Source: Candidatus Sulfotelmatobacter sp. (lineage in GTDB: Bacteria; Acidobacteriota; Terriglobia; Terriglobales; Acidobacteriaceae). From it: 64,000 bases of DNA. Within the stretch, counting starts at the first letter, position 1. Each line of letters begins with the position of its first letter. The position numbers and the translations under genes are program-made. A model generated the notes under the pieces. It was not told where the DNA came from, did not search any database, and worked only from the letters and a program-made list of their open reading frames with translations. The stretch is from assembly GCA_035946775.1 (NCBI GenBank), contig DASYZA010000328.1:3203-67202 (forward strand). The letters run 5' to 3'. Shown here one piece after another: positions 1 through 9,911 of this stretch.

Positions 1-69
1 GGTCCGGAGTCGAAGGAGACGGTAGAGTTGCACTTCACCCCGTAAGGCTCGCTCAGTCGACAGGTGTTT

Positions 70-1245
70 CTACTTTCCGAGCACCAGCTTGGCTATGGTC
101 GCAAGCTGCATGTTCGAGGTTCCTTCGTAGATCTTGCCGATCTTGGCGTCGCGCCAGTATTTCTCGACGGGATAGTCCTTGGTGAACCCGTACCCGCCGT
201 AGACCTCAATCGCGAGCGACGTAACCCGCTCGGCCACTTGGGACGCAAAGAGCTTCGTCATGGCCGCCTCTTTGACGAAGTTCACTCGCGCATCTTTCAT
301 ACGCGCACAGTTGTAGACCATCAGCCGGGCTGCTTCGATCTCTGTCGCCATCTGCGCAATCTGGAACTGAATACCCTGAAAGTCGGCGATTGACTTCCCG
401 AACTGCTTGCGTTCCACGGCGTATTTGCAAGCGAACTCCCAGGCTCCGCGGGCCAACCCGATCATCTGTGCGCCGATTCCAATGCGTCCTTCATTCAGGG
501 TCTCGATGGCGATCTTGTATCCTTTGCCGGGTTCGCCCAGCACGTTCTCCTTCGGTACACGGCAATCTTCCAGAATCAACTCGCAAGTCGACGAAGCTCG
601 AATGCCCAGCTTGTCTTCCTTTTTCCCCACGGTGAAGCCAGGAAAATCCTTCTCAATGAGGAACGCCGTGATTCCCTTGTACCCAGCGCCCGGATCGATC
701 GTCGCAAACAGCACGAAAAGTCCAGCCTCTTTTCCGTTCGTGATCCACAGCTTCCGGCCGTTCAACACGTATTCGGAGCCTTTGAGCGCAGCCCGGGTCT
801 GTAACGCAAACGCATCCGACCCAGAGCCTGCCTCGCTGAGCGCGTACGCCCCGACGATTTCCGTCGCCATCTTGGGGAGGTAGCGCTTCTTCTGCTCTTC
901 GCTCCCCCACCGCAAAAGGGCGTTGTTCACGAGCGTGTTCTGCACGTCGACGATGACGCCAGAAGACGCATCGACGCGTGAGAGTTCCTCTACCGCCAGA
1001 ATGGCCTCAAAGAATTTCGCTCCGCCTCCGCCATATTGCTCGGGGATTTCAATCCCCATCAGTCCGAGCCGGAAGAAGTCGTGAATCAGCTCTTTTTCAA
1101 AGATGCCCTTCTCGTCCATCTCTTTCACCAGCGGACGGACTTTCTCCTCGGCGAATTGACGTATGTTGTCGCGAAACAAAACTTCATCTTCGGTGAGCGT
1201 TGTCAAAGGGGTGGGAGCCTGGGATTGCAGCGTCGTTTCTGGCAT
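70..1245 (-). CDS. acyl-CoA dehydrogenase
   Basis: Lies in ORF 70..1524(-). ACAD hallmarks are present: N-terminal LTEDEVLFRDNIRQFAEEKV, GSDAFALQTRA, WITNG, and C-terminal IYEGTSNMQLATIAK. I trimmed the start to the ATG at 1243-1245 (MPETTLQ...). The 93 upstream codons are not ACAD-like and run into the divergent ROK gene. Confidence 0.9.
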   Translation of the reverse strand: MPETTLQSQAPTPLTTLTEDEVLFRDNIRQFAEEKVRPLVKEMDEKGIFEKELIHDFFRLGLMGIEIPEQYGGGGAKFFEAILAVEELSRVDASSGVIVDVQNTLVNNALLRWGSEEQKKRYLPKMATEIVGAYALSEAGSGSDAFALQTRAALKGSEYVLNGRKLWITNGKEAGLFVLFATIDPGAGYKGITAFLIEKDFPGFTVGKKEDKLGIRASSTCELILEDCRVPKENVLGEPGKGYKIAIETLNEGRIGIGAQMIGLARGAWEFACKYAVERKQFGKSIADFQGIQFQIAQMATEIEAARLMVYNCARMKDARVNFVKEAAMTKLFASQVAERVTSLAIEVYGGYGFTKDYPVEKYWRDAKIGKIYEGTSNMQLATIAKLVLGK

Positions 1246-1353
1246 AAGGGACACCTTTTCTGGCGGGATGCGCAAACCAATTATGGTAGCACTCCCCGGC
1301 GAATGGGTGGTCGTCACCGCGAACCAAGACGGTTTCTGGTACTCTCTTCCGTT

Positions 1354-2370
1354 ATGCCTGACTACTCTATCGGTGTTGATATGGGCGGTACCAATCTGCG
1401 GGTGGCCGCCATCACTACAGAAGGGCAGCTTCTGGAAAAGATCACTCTCGGCGTGAAGATCGCTATGGGACGCGACTACGTCATCGGCGAGATGTGCGAT
1501 GCCATCCACCGCCTGACCGATCAATATCGGGGTACCGGCCGCTTCGTCGGTGCCGGAATAGGCGTTCCCGGCATCATCGACGTCGAAGCCGGCATGATGC
1601 GGAAGTCGGCGAATCTGCCCGGCTGGACGGATTATCCCGTGCGCGACGAAATTGAACGCCGTTTGGGCGCTCGCATCTTCCTCGACAATGACGCCAACGT
1701 CGCCGCCCTCGGTGAGAAATGGCTCGGCGCCGGACGTGACGCCACCAACATGGCGATGCTGACCCTAGGCACGGGAATCGGCGGTGCAATCGTTCTCAAC
1801 GGCAAGCTGTTCTATGGGCTCAGCGGCATGGCCGGAGAATTCGGCCACGTCACCATCGAACCTGAAGGCTATCCCTGCGGCTGCGGCAATCGCGGATGCG
1901 CCGAGCGCTACGCCTCCGCTACCGGGGTCGTCCGCATGGCTCGCGAAGCCATCGAAACAGGAAAAGCTCCTGGACTTGCCAAGGCCGCCAGTTCCGATCC
2001 GGAATTCAGTTCCCGTTCCATTTATAATCTCGCGATTCAGGGCGATCCCGACGCGCTAGGTATATTTGACCGGTTCGGACGTGCTCTGGGAATGCTGATG
2101 GCCGATCTTGTCAACGTTCTTGACCTGGATATGTACGTGATCGGCGGCGGCGTGGTTAGCGCCTGGAATGCCTTCGCCCCCAGAATGTTTCAGGAACTAC
2201 GCGAACGATCACTCGTTTATGCCGCGTCCGCACCCGACGATCCGATGGCGAAGAAACAAGGAGCTGCCGCCCAGATCGCCAACTACACGCGCAAGAAAAC
2301 GATCATCACGCAAGCCTTGCTAGGCAGCGACGCCGGCTTGTACGGCGCAGCCAGACTTACGATGTCCTAG
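1354..2370 (+). CDS. ROK-family glucokinase / sugar kinase
   Basis: Lies in ORF 1036..2370(+). I chose the ATG at 1354 (MPDYSIGVDMGGTNLRVA = ATP-binding DxGGT motif). DNDANVAALGE and the ROK zinc motif CGCGNRGCAERYAS are present. Confidence 0.85.
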   Translation: MPDYSIGVDMGGTNLRVAAITTEGQLLEKITLGVKIAMGRDYVIGEMCDAIHRLTDQYRGTGRFVGAGIGVPGIIDVEAGMMRKSANLPGWTDYPVRDEIERRLGARIFLDNDANVAALGEKWLGAGRDATNMAMLTLGTGIGGAIVLNGKLFYGLSGMAGEFGHVTIEPEGYPCGCGNRGCAERYASATGVVRMAREAIETGKAPGLAKAASSDPEFSSRSIYNLAIQGDPDALGIFDRFGRALGMLMADLVNVLDLDMYVIGGGVVSAWNAFAPRMFQELRERSLVYAASAPDDPMAKKQGAAAQIANYTRKKTIITQALLGSDAGLYGAARLTMS

Positions 2371-2500
2371 CAGCCAAGCACCGCGAGATTTGTGAAGTCC
2401 TTTGCGCCCTCACGGATATCTTCGCGACCTTCGCAGCTCAGCTTTGAAGAAGGGCGTCAAATTCCCCCCCCAAAACCTTGAAAGCCTGCTCTAAACGTTT

Positions 2501-3616
2501 CTACTCGCCGCCCCCAAGACACTTCCGCATCCCATCCAGCAGCGCGGAATTCTGTTCCGCCGCCCCGATACTCACCCGAACGCACGTCGGCGCTCCCCAC
2601 CCAGCAAGCGGCCGAATGCTGATGCCTTGACCGCGTAGTTCATCCGAGAGTCCCGCCGCATCCCTCCCCAGATCGCAATAGAGGAAATTTGCCCACGTCG
2701 GAACCACGCGGAAGCCCATCTCCGACAAGGCGACCCCCAGGATTTGCGCCTGCTCCGCATTGTTTCCAACCGTGCGCGCAACATGATTCAGGTCGTCCAA
2801 TGCAGCAAGCGCCGCTACCTGCGCGATCGACGAAACTGAAAACGTACTCCGCAGGCGCGAGCAAAAGTTCAGCAACTCCGCCGGACCGAGCCCATACCCG
2901 ATGCGTAATCCGGCCAGAGCGTGTGCTTTCGAAAACGTCCGTAGGACGACCACGCTCGCTCCCTGCTTCAGGTAGTTGATCGATCGCGGATACTCAGACT
3001 TGCGGCGGTTGCCAAAATCTACTGCGAACTCGTAGTAAGCATCATCAAGCACAACTACAACATGCCCGGGAACCTCATCCAGAAACTTCTCCAGAGCGTT
3101 CACATCGAGAATTGTCCCAGTCGGATTATTCGGATTCGCTAGAAAAACTAGTCGCGTGTGCTCGTTGATCGCCTGCTGAATGGCATCCAGATCGATAGCG
3201 TCACCAGACGTGGGGGCTTCGATTAGCTGTGCCCCTGCTGCGTGCACTGCCATCCCGTAAACGATGAACGACCGCTCACTGGTGACAGCGTTCAGCCCAG
3301 CGCCAAGCAGCGTTTCACATAAGAGTGACAGCATTCCCGTCGACCCCGCCGTAACCAGCACCTGCTCCGTTGGCACATCATGTAACTCCGCAAGCCTACG
3401 CCGCAGCAGACCGCAATCGTCTTCTGGATACGTGCTCACTCTCGTGAGCGCCGCACTCATTGCCTCGAGCGCCTTGGGTGAAGGGCCGAATGGATTTTCA
3501 TTGGAATCGAGCCGGATCAACTGAGGCTCGTCTTTGGCAGGTTTCGCCGGAGGAGTTGCTGGGTAGCCACCAATCTCCCGCACCGGTTTGGTAACAAGAT
3601 CGAAGAATCGGCTCAT
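2501..3616 (-). CDS. hisC: histidinol-phosphate aminotransferase (class II aminotransferase)
   Basis: Motifs LDSNENPFGPSP, NPNNPTG and RTFSKAHALAGLRIGY (PLP lysine context). ATG at 3614-3616. Confidence 0.8.
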   Translation of the reverse strand: MSRFFDLVTKPVREIGGYPATPPAKPAKDEPQLIRLDSNENPFGPSPKALEAMSAALTRVSTYPEDDCGLLRRRLAELHDVPTEQVLVTAGSTGMLSLLCETLLGAGLNAVTSERSFIVYGMAVHAAGAQLIEAPTSGDAIDLDAIQQAINEHTRLVFLANPNNPTGTILDVNALEKFLDEVPGHVVVVLDDAYYEFAVDFGNRRKSEYPRSINYLKQGASVVVLRTFSKAHALAGLRIGYGLGPAELLNFCSRLRSTFSVSSIAQVAALAALDDLNHVARTVGNNAEQAQILGVALSEMGFRVVPTWANFLYCDLGRDAAGLSDELRGQGISIRPLAGWGAPTCVRVSIGAAEQNSALLDGMRKCLGGGE

Positions 3617-3629
3617 GCACGCCGCATCG

Positions 3630-4382
3630 TCAAACAGGTTTCTTTTCGCCGCTTCGAGTCGCCGACTTCAGCCGCTCAATCTCTTTCAACGTCAGCGACC
3701 GGAACTCACCCGGAGGCACATCGAGCGTGAGGGGCCCATATTTCACTCGCTTGATCTTTTCTACATGATGACCGACCGCCTCGAACATGCGCCGAATCTG
3801 CCGATTCCGGCCTTCGATCAGCGTGATCTCGTACCATGGATTCGCCGCTTCCTTGACGACCCGTACCGCCGCTGCCCTGGTCCTTACGCGCTTTCCATCA
3901 TCCGTCGCGATCGAAACGCCTGCTCGTAATTTCGCGATGGCGTCTTCCGTCGGCGTGCCCGCCACCTTCACGAGATAGGTCTTCGTCACATGCGAGGCCG
4001 CTTTCATGAGCCGATGCGCGAGATCGCCATCATTCGTCATCAGCAGCAAACCTTCGCTCGCGTAATCGAGCCTTCCGATCGGATAGACACGGCCCTTCAC
4101 TCGCCGGACCAGATCCATCACAGTCGGGCGTTGCTCCGGATCGCTGACGGTTGTGACATATCCTTTGGGTTTGTTCAGCAACAGGTAGGTGTGCCGCTGC
4201 TCGCCCTTCAGCAGTTTCCCGTTCACCCGAACATGATCGACATCCGGATCGGCCTTGGTGCCAAGTTCCGTGACGATCGTTCCATTGACCTGCACCAATC
4301 CGGACGTAATCAACTCCTCGGCTTTGCGCCGCGACGCTACCCCGGCCGCTGCAATAATCTTCTGGAGCCGTTCAAGAGCCAT
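3630..4382 (-). CDS. rRNA pseudouridine synthase, RsuA/RluB family (S4 domain + catalytic domain)
   Basis: N-terminal S4 motif (RLQKIIAAAGVASRRKAEELI), then YLLLNKPKGYVTT and the catalytic GRLDYASEGLLLMTNDG. Confidence 0.85.
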   Translation of the reverse strand: MALERLQKIIAAAGVASRRKAEELITSGLVQVNGTIVTELGTKADPDVDHVRVNGKLLKGEQRHTYLLLNKPKGYVTTVSDPEQRPTVMDLVRRVKGRVYPIGRLDYASEGLLLMTNDGDLAHRLMKAASHVTKTYLVKVAGTPTEDAIAKLRAGVSIATDDGKRVRTRAAAVRVVKEAANPWYEITLIEGRNRQIRRMFEAVGHHVEKIKRVKYGPLTLDVPPGEFRSLTLKEIERLKSATRSGEKKPV

Positions 4383-4482
4383 AGCACTACTATGCGCAAG
4401 TCAGACGGAATGCGCAATGCCAAGGAGTGCTGAACAGAACGAGAAGGGACAAAAAAGCTTAAAGGAGGAACCTATCAGGGTT

Positions 4483-4516
4483 TTCCTTCGTGTCCGTTAG
4501 TGCCCTTTGTGGTGGA
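4483..4516 (-). repeat. half-copy (module B) of the CACCAC/CAC-N-RR-GGA word repeat, oriented with the minus-strand scpB transcript
   Basis: The plus strand reads ttccttcgtgtccgttagtgccctttgtggtgga. Its reverse complement is tccaccacaaagggcactaacggacacgaaggaa, which matches the word style of 63721-63755. It lies 51 nt downstream of the scpB stop. Confidence 0.6.
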
Positions 4517-4566
4517 AGCTTTTCGGTGCGCAATCAACGCAGCTTCAGCGATCAGGTCCGTACGGC

Positions 4567-5274
4567 TTATCCCGCCTTCTCCTCGGCGGTTGCATTCTCT
4601 TCCGCAGACGTCACTGGAGTGTCGCTATTCTGCGCTGCAGCAGGCAGTTCACCCTCGGGTTGTGGTTCTGAGGCAGCAGCCACACTCTCCGCCGGAATCA
4701 ACTCTGCCTGGAAAGACTCCGCCACCAGCTTCTCGAATTCTTCCATACTCGGCAGCTCGCTTACATCCTTGAGCCCAAAGCGCATCAAGAATTCTTTGGT
4801 CGTCTTGTAGAGAATTGGCCGTCCGATCACCTGCTTGCGACCCGCAGTGGTGATCAGTTTGCGGTCGAGCAGAGTTCCAATCACACCCCCGGAATCGACG
4901 CCTCGAATGTCATTGATTTCCGGCACCGTGACAGGCTGCTTGTAAGCGATCACAGCCAGAGTCTCCAATGCCGGCAGCGACAGGCGAATCGGCGGCTTCA
5001 GACTCTTTGCAAACGAGCGCACGACTTCATGCTGCTCTGGCTTGGTAGACATCCGGAATCCACCGGCAACTTCACGGATTTCAATTCCATGATCGGCCGA
5101 ATCGTAAGCGCCCATCAGTTCCACCAACGTGGATCGCATGCGAGACTTGATCTCCGCATCGTCGGAAACGCCTTCGGCCACAATGGATTCCTTCACCAAC
5201 GCAGTCATCTGCTCCAGCGTGATCGGCGTTTCCGCCGCATAAATAATCGCTTCGAGTTGAGCTCTCAAAGACAT
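4567..5274 (-). CDS. scpB: segregation and condensation protein B
   Basis: ScpB motifs LEAIIYAAETPITLEQM and LETLAVIAYKQPVTVPEINDIRGVDS. It lies directly downstream of scpA. The C-terminal tail is acidic and low-complexity. Confidence 0.9.
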   Translation of the reverse strand: MSLRAQLEAIIYAAETPITLEQMTALVKESIVAEGVSDDAEIKSRMRSTLVELMGAYDSADHGIEIREVAGGFRMSTKPEQHEVVRSFAKSLKPPIRLSLPALETLAVIAYKQPVTVPEINDIRGVDSGGVIGTLLDRKLITTAGRKQVIGRPILYKTTKEFLMRFGLKDVSELPSMEEFEKLVAESFQAELIPAESVAAASEPQPEGELPAAAQNSDTPVTSAEENATAEEKAG

Positions 5275-5340
5275 AGGGATTAGGGATCAGGGTTGGGGAT
5301 CAGGCGCTTGGTTTCTGGCCCTGATCCCTGGCCCCTAGTT
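5274..5340. repeat. TAGGGATCAG-type word repeat forming a hairpin in the scpA-scpB spacer
   Basis: Sequence tagggat tagggatcagg gttggggatcagg ... cctgatccctggcccctag. The arms ggggatcagg and cctgatccc are complementary. Confidence 0.6.
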
Positions 5341-5348
5341 CCTGCTTT

Positions 5349-6230
5349 TCATCTCCAGTCATCTCTCACCGCGGCCCGTTCATTCATCACTTCTTCAAAG
5401 TGAGTATGCTTGCGGATCGCGATTTCGCCAAACATTTTGTCTTGCCGTACCTGAATCGCCTGTAACCGTACGAGTTCGAGCAGAGCAAGAAACATGCAAA
5501 CCAAAGCCTGCCGCGATTGCACGCGCATCAAAACCTGTTTCAACCGGATCGGACGATCTTCGAGTGAGAGCCGCCGCCGCAGATAATCGATCATCTGTCC
5601 AACGGTGACTGTCTCCTCATCAACATTGAGCACGGGGCGCGTGCGCACGCGCTCGAGAATCTGCTGAAACGTCTTGACGAGATCGATCACGTCCGCGGCA
5701 AGCTCCGGCTCGGTTCCCTCCGCCTCCATAAATTCCTTCAGCGAAGGATTCGACAGCACCGCATCTTCAATCTGCTGTTTCTGCAGCAGCATCTGTGCCG
5801 CCGACTTGAACTTCTCGTGTTCCAGCAGACGGTTGACGAGTTCCGTTCGTGGATCCTCCTGCTCCTCCGGCGACGCCATCGGATCCTTCGGGAGTAGCAT
5901 CTTCGACTTGATGTGAATCAGTACAGCGGCCATATAAATGAATTCAGCCGCAACGTTTACATCCAGTTCGCGGATCTTTTCGACATACGCCAGGTACTGG
6001 GCGGTGATCTTCGCAATCGGAATGTCGTAGATGGCGATGTCCTGCTTGCGAATCAAATCCAGCAGCAGATCCAGCGGCCCCTCATAAACGTTTCCGACCG
6101 CAACCGCAAAAGGGAAGTCGCTCTCTTCCTTTTGCGCCGCATCTTTGTGGTTGGCAGAAGGCGGAGCGACGACGAGAGCGGGCGGAGCCGCTGCATCACT
6201 CGCAAGAGAGATTTTGGATTCCTCAGTCAT
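5349..6230 (-). CDS. scpA: segregation and condensation protein A
   Basis: Kleisin ScpA motif YEGPLDLLLDLIRKQDIAIYDIPIAKIT. It is paired with scpB. Confidence 0.9.
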   Translation of the reverse strand: MTEESKISLASDAAAPPALVVAPPSANHKDAAQKEESDFPFAVAVGNVYEGPLDLLLDLIRKQDIAIYDIPIAKITAQYLAYVEKIRELDVNVAAEFIYMAAVLIHIKSKMLLPKDPMASPEEQEDPRTELVNRLLEHEKFKSAAQMLLQKQQIEDAVLSNPSLKEFMEAEGTEPELAADVIDLVKTFQQILERVRTRPVLNVDEETVTVGQMIDYLRRRLSLEDRPIRLKQVLMRVQSRQALVCMFLALLELVRLQAIQVRQDKMFGEIAIRKHTHFEEVMNERAAVRDDWR

Positions 6231-6333
6231 TACTCACCGATCGTCGTCCGCTTATTTCTAAATTTGTCATCTTTCGCGAAGCGAAGGACCCATGCACTGT
6301 CTCGCCACAGGCTCATTTTCACTCAAGAAGTGA

Positions 6334-7359
6334 CTACTTCTTTAACTCCTCATACCCCAGTGACATCCCCATCGAGGCGCGTACGTCATCCATGGTCTCT
6401 CCGGCCGCCTTGCGCGCCCGCTGCGTGCCAGCCTCCAGAATATCCCAGGCCAGCCGCGGATTTTCCTCGAATTTTCGTCGCCGCTCTTGCATCGGATTCA
6501 GCAATTGCACCAGCGCGTCCGCCGCCCAGCTTTTGCATTCGATGCATCCAATTCCGGCCGACCGGCAGCCTTCATTCACTCTCGCCATCGTTTCTTTGTT
6601 GCTGAAAATCTTGTGCAGATCGCCCACTGGACATACATCCGGATTTCCCGGATCCGACCGTCGAACTCGCGCTGGATCCGTCACCATCGTTTTCAACTTC
6701 TGCCGCACCACCGGCTCCGGGTCGGTCAACATCACCGTATTCCCGTAGGACTTCGACATCTTGCGGCCATCGGTCCCCGGCAGTTTGGCGGCGGGAGTCA
6801 ACAACGCTTGTGGCTCGGGGAAAACATCGCCATAAAATCCGTTGAACCTGCGCGCGACCTCCCGCGTCAACTCCACGTGAGCGACCTGGTCCTCCCCCAC
6901 CGGAACGAAATGCGCCTTGTAAACCAAAATGTCTGCCGACTGCAGCACGGGATATCCCAGAAACCCATACGTCCCCAGATCTTTGTCTTTGATATTGTCC
7001 CGCTGCTCTTTGTACGTTGGCACTCGCTCGAGCCAGCCCAGCGGGGTGATCATCGAGAACAGCAGATGCAACTCAGCGTGTGCCGGCACATGCGACTGGA
7101 TGAACACCACGGACTTTTCGGGATCGATACCGGCCGCCAGCCAGTCGAGCGCGACTTCCAGAGAATTCTCCTTCACCTTCGACGTGTCCGCGTAATCGGT
7201 TGTCAAGGCATGCCAGTCGGCAACGCAGAAGAAACACTCATACTGAGCCTGCATGCGCACCCAGTTCTGCAGAGCTCCGACATAATTCCCCAGATGCAGC
7301 TTGCCGGTCGAGCGCATACCACTGAGTACGCGCTTGCGGGTTTTCAAAGGATCGTTCAT
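6334..7359 (-). CDS. trpS: tryptophan--tRNA ligase
   Basis: Class I aaRS signatures are present: GKLHLGNY (HIGH-type) and KMSKS. The overall TrpRS layout includes the FCVADWHALT block. Confidence 0.92.
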   Translation of the reverse strand: MNDPLKTRKRVLSGMRSTGKLHLGNYVGALQNWVRMQAQYECFFCVADWHALTTDYADTSKVKENSLEVALDWLAAGIDPEKSVVFIQSHVPAHAELHLLFSMITPLGWLERVPTYKEQRDNIKDKDLGTYGFLGYPVLQSADILVYKAHFVPVGEDQVAHVELTREVARRFNGFYGDVFPEPQALLTPAAKLPGTDGRKMSKSYGNTVMLTDPEPVVRQKLKTMVTDPARVRRSDPGNPDVCPVGDLHKIFSNKETMARVNEGCRSAGIGCIECKSWAADALVQLLNPMQERRRKFEENPRLAWDILEAGTQRARKAAGETMDDVRASMGMSLGYEELKK

Positions 7360-7587
7360 TGTTCAGGAAGCCCCGCCATCACCGACACTGCGGCCAATGC
7401 AGTTGACTCCAACCTCTATGAACTGTAGAAATGTCATGCAGGGCTGGCTTCGATACTACCACGCAAAACACGCAATCGGCGCAGGTAAACAGCCGTTCCA
7501 GCGCTCCAATAACGGAAGCCGAAAACTAGTCATGGTAAACGTGTCAAGGTCCCGAGAGCCCGAAGTCTGAGGTCGAAGATCCGAAGT

Positions 7588-8397
7588 CTAAAGTCCGTTT
7601 TTCTCGGCCCGCTGTAGTTCCTCCGGCGCAATCGATTTCACTTTGATCACCTTTGCCGGGATGCCGCCCACGATGTGGTAAGGCGACACACTTTTCGACG
7701 CAACTCCCATCGATCCCACAATGCCGTGCTCGCCCACCCGCACGCCGCTCAACACCGTCGCGTGATATGTGACTCGGGACCGCGGACCAATCTCCGTCTT
7801 GTGATTGTCCACAATCATTCCATCATTCAGATCATGCGAATGCGAATACACGTTGGCATAATCCGAAATCGACGATCCCTCGTGAATGATGATTTCGCCT
7901 CGGTCATCCAGAAGTACATATTTGTGAATCACGCAGTCATCTTCCACGGTCAGGTTATAGCCAAACGCAAACTCCACGCCGTGGAAGATCTTCACGTTGT
8001 TCCCGCAATGTTTGAAAATATGTCGTGCCAGCATGGCTCGAACGCGATATCCCAGCCAGTGGTTCAACCCCGCAGGCGAGCGGTCGAACATCATCCAGAA
8101 CCAGATCAGCGGCTTGCGCTCGGCATATTTCACCGCATCGACATCGCCGTAGTACTCGGGCTCGAGTGTCGTGTTTCGCGGATCGAACGAGTGCATCGCC
8201 ACTTGCTCGGTCAATCCGCCCGCAACACCCAGATTGGGTCGTCCCATATAAAGCTGATGCAAAGCCTCCGTGACCACCTTGCTGCGGCGCTCCGGGTCGC
8301 GGTTTATGAACTGATGGTCCAATTCATCGATCCATTGGAGAAACGACTTCTCGGCTGCAGGCGTAGGGTTCAGAGCGCGATATTCAAATCGGGGCAT
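7588..8397 (-). CDS. left-handed beta-helix (hexapeptide-repeat) acyltransferase
   Basis: The C-terminal half has hexapeptide-like repeats (IGPRSRVTYHATVLSGVRVGEHGIVGSMGVASKSV...GGIPAKVI). The substrate is unknown. Confidence 0.65.
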   Translation of the reverse strand: MPRFEYRALNPTPAAEKSFLQWIDELDHQFINRDPERRSKVVTEALHQLYMGRPNLGVAGGLTEQVAMHSFDPRNTTLEPEYYGDVDAVKYAERKPLIWFWMMFDRSPAGLNHWLGYRVRAMLARHIFKHCGNNVKIFHGVEFAFGYNLTVEDDCVIHKYVLLDDRGEIIIHEGSSISDYANVYSHSHDLNDGMIVDNHKTEIGPRSRVTYHATVLSGVRVGEHGIVGSMGVASKSVSPYHIVGGIPAKVIKVKSIAPEELQRAEKNGL

Positions 8398-8489
8398 TGC
8401 GCCTCTCTCTTAGTAAGGACGTCCAGTCAAACCCTCAACCATAGCACAATCGAAATGCTTTATAATTCGCGCCGCCCCTCAAACCCAAC

Positions 8490-9884
8490 GTGACCACCCT
8501 TGCCCGAAAACTCCGCGCCGTCGACTACTTCACCCTGGGCTGGGGCACCATGGTCGGGGTCGGCTGGCTCGTCATCATGGACGACTGGCTGACGCGTGGC
8601 GGCCCACTCGGCGCGGTGCTCGGGTTCGCCATCGGCGGCACCCTCCTGCTTCCCATCGGATGGGTCTACGGAAAACTTGTCATCGCAATGCCCGATGCCG
8701 CTGGGGAGGTAGCCTATAACTCGGCCGCATTCTCCCGCCCGATCAGCTTCGCCACCGGCTGGATGATGACTCTCGCCTACTTCATCGTCTGTCCCTGGGA
8801 AGCCGTTGCCATCGGACGCATCGCCGCTTACATCTTTCCCGGACTTGATTCCGTCGAGCTCTACCGGATCGCAGGCCGCCCCGTATATCTTCCGCATCTC
8901 GCGGTGGGGCTGGCGTTAACGGCCCTGCTCACGATCCTCAACTATCGCGGTGTCCGCCTGAGCGCTACATTTCAAAACTGGACAGCATTCGGCACACTTT
9001 TTCTTTTTATGGTCTTCGTGGCGCTCGGAGTGAGCCGCGGATCGACTGGGAACTTTCCGCCTCTGTTCACACATTCGTCGCTGATCTCAGTCATCCTGGT
9101 CGTCCAGATCGTGCCCTACTTCATGACGGGTTTCGAATCGGTCGGCAAGGCGGCGGAGGAAGCTGGCCCCGAATTTCGAAGCCGCGGATTCTTCCGCGCT
9201 ATCTGGATGGCGATCGTAATCGGCATCCTTTTCTACACGACCATCGTAGCCGCAGTGGCCTTCGTGGCCCCGTGGCACAGCCTCATCAAGACGAAATTTA
9301 TGACGGCTGTCGCCTTCCAACAAGCAGTCGGATCGCCGGGTGTTTCGGGGAGATGGATCGTTAACATCATCCTCGCCTCCGCCTTACTCTCCTTGGTGAA
9401 ATGCTTCAACGGAAACTTCGTCGCCGCCAGCCGGCTGATTTTTGCCCTCGGCCGTCGAAAAATGATCACCGCTGCTACTGGGGAAGTGCACACCAGATTT
9501 CAGACTCCATCTGTCGCCGTCCTCGCGGTAGGAATTGCAACTGCCGCCTGCATGCTCCTCGGAGACGCAATCCTCGTTCCCGTGACTGAGGTCGGCTCCG
9601 TAGCCTGCGCGATTGGATGGGCCGCCACCTGTGCCTCTTGCCTCGCTCTCGCACGCTCCAGGCCAGATCTGATCACGTTGTCCTTGCCCGAGCGTGGCAT
9701 CGCGGCAGTAGGATTAGCGGTTGCCATCATGATGGCTTTGATGAAAGTCATTCCAGCCATCCCCGGCGCCTTTAGCAAATACGAATGGATGGCGCTGGCA
9801 ACCTGGATTGTTATCGGTGCAGTCTGCAGTACCGCCGTAGTCTCGGAGACAGCCCGGCGGGCGACTCGCCCGCCGATCGTGTAA
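8490..9884 (+). CDS. APC-superfamily amino acid permease
   Basis: About 12 hydrophobic helices and an N-terminal LGWGTMVGVGW motif typical of APC transporters. GTG start at 8490. It ends 28 nt upstream of the D-aminoacylase gene. Confidence 0.8.
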   Translation: MTTLARKLRAVDYFTLGWGTMVGVGWLVIMDDWLTRGGPLGAVLGFAIGGTLLLPIGWVYGKLVIAMPDAAGEVAYNSAAFSRPISFATGWMMTLAYFIVCPWEAVAIGRIAAYIFPGLDSVELYRIAGRPVYLPHLAVGLALTALLTILNYRGVRLSATFQNWTAFGTLFLFMVFVALGVSRGSTGNFPPLFTHSSLISVILVVQIVPYFMTGFESVGKAAEEAGPEFRSRGFFRAIWMAIVIGILFYTTIVAAVAFVAPWHSLIKTKFMTAVAFQQAVGSPGVSGRWIVNIILASALLSLVKCFNGNFVAASRLIFALGRRKMITAATGEVHTRFQTPSVAVLAVGIATAACMLLGDAILVPVTEVGSVACAIGWAATCASCLALARSRPDLITLSLPERGIAAVGLAVAIMMALMKVIPAIPGAFSKYEWMALATWIVIGAVCSTAVVSETARRATRPPIV

Positions 9885-9911
9885 ATCTGCAATGTTAAGG
9901 GGCCGAAACGA

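Noticed and set aside
1036-1524. Long in-frame upstream extensions of both divergent genes (ACAD ORF to 1524, ROK ORF from 1036). These would make the two genes overlap head-to-head by ~490 nt.
   Set aside because: Family homology starts at MPETTLQ (ATG 1245) and MPDYSIGVDMGGT (ATG 1354). The extensions have no family-like sequence and lie antisense to the partner gene's coding region.
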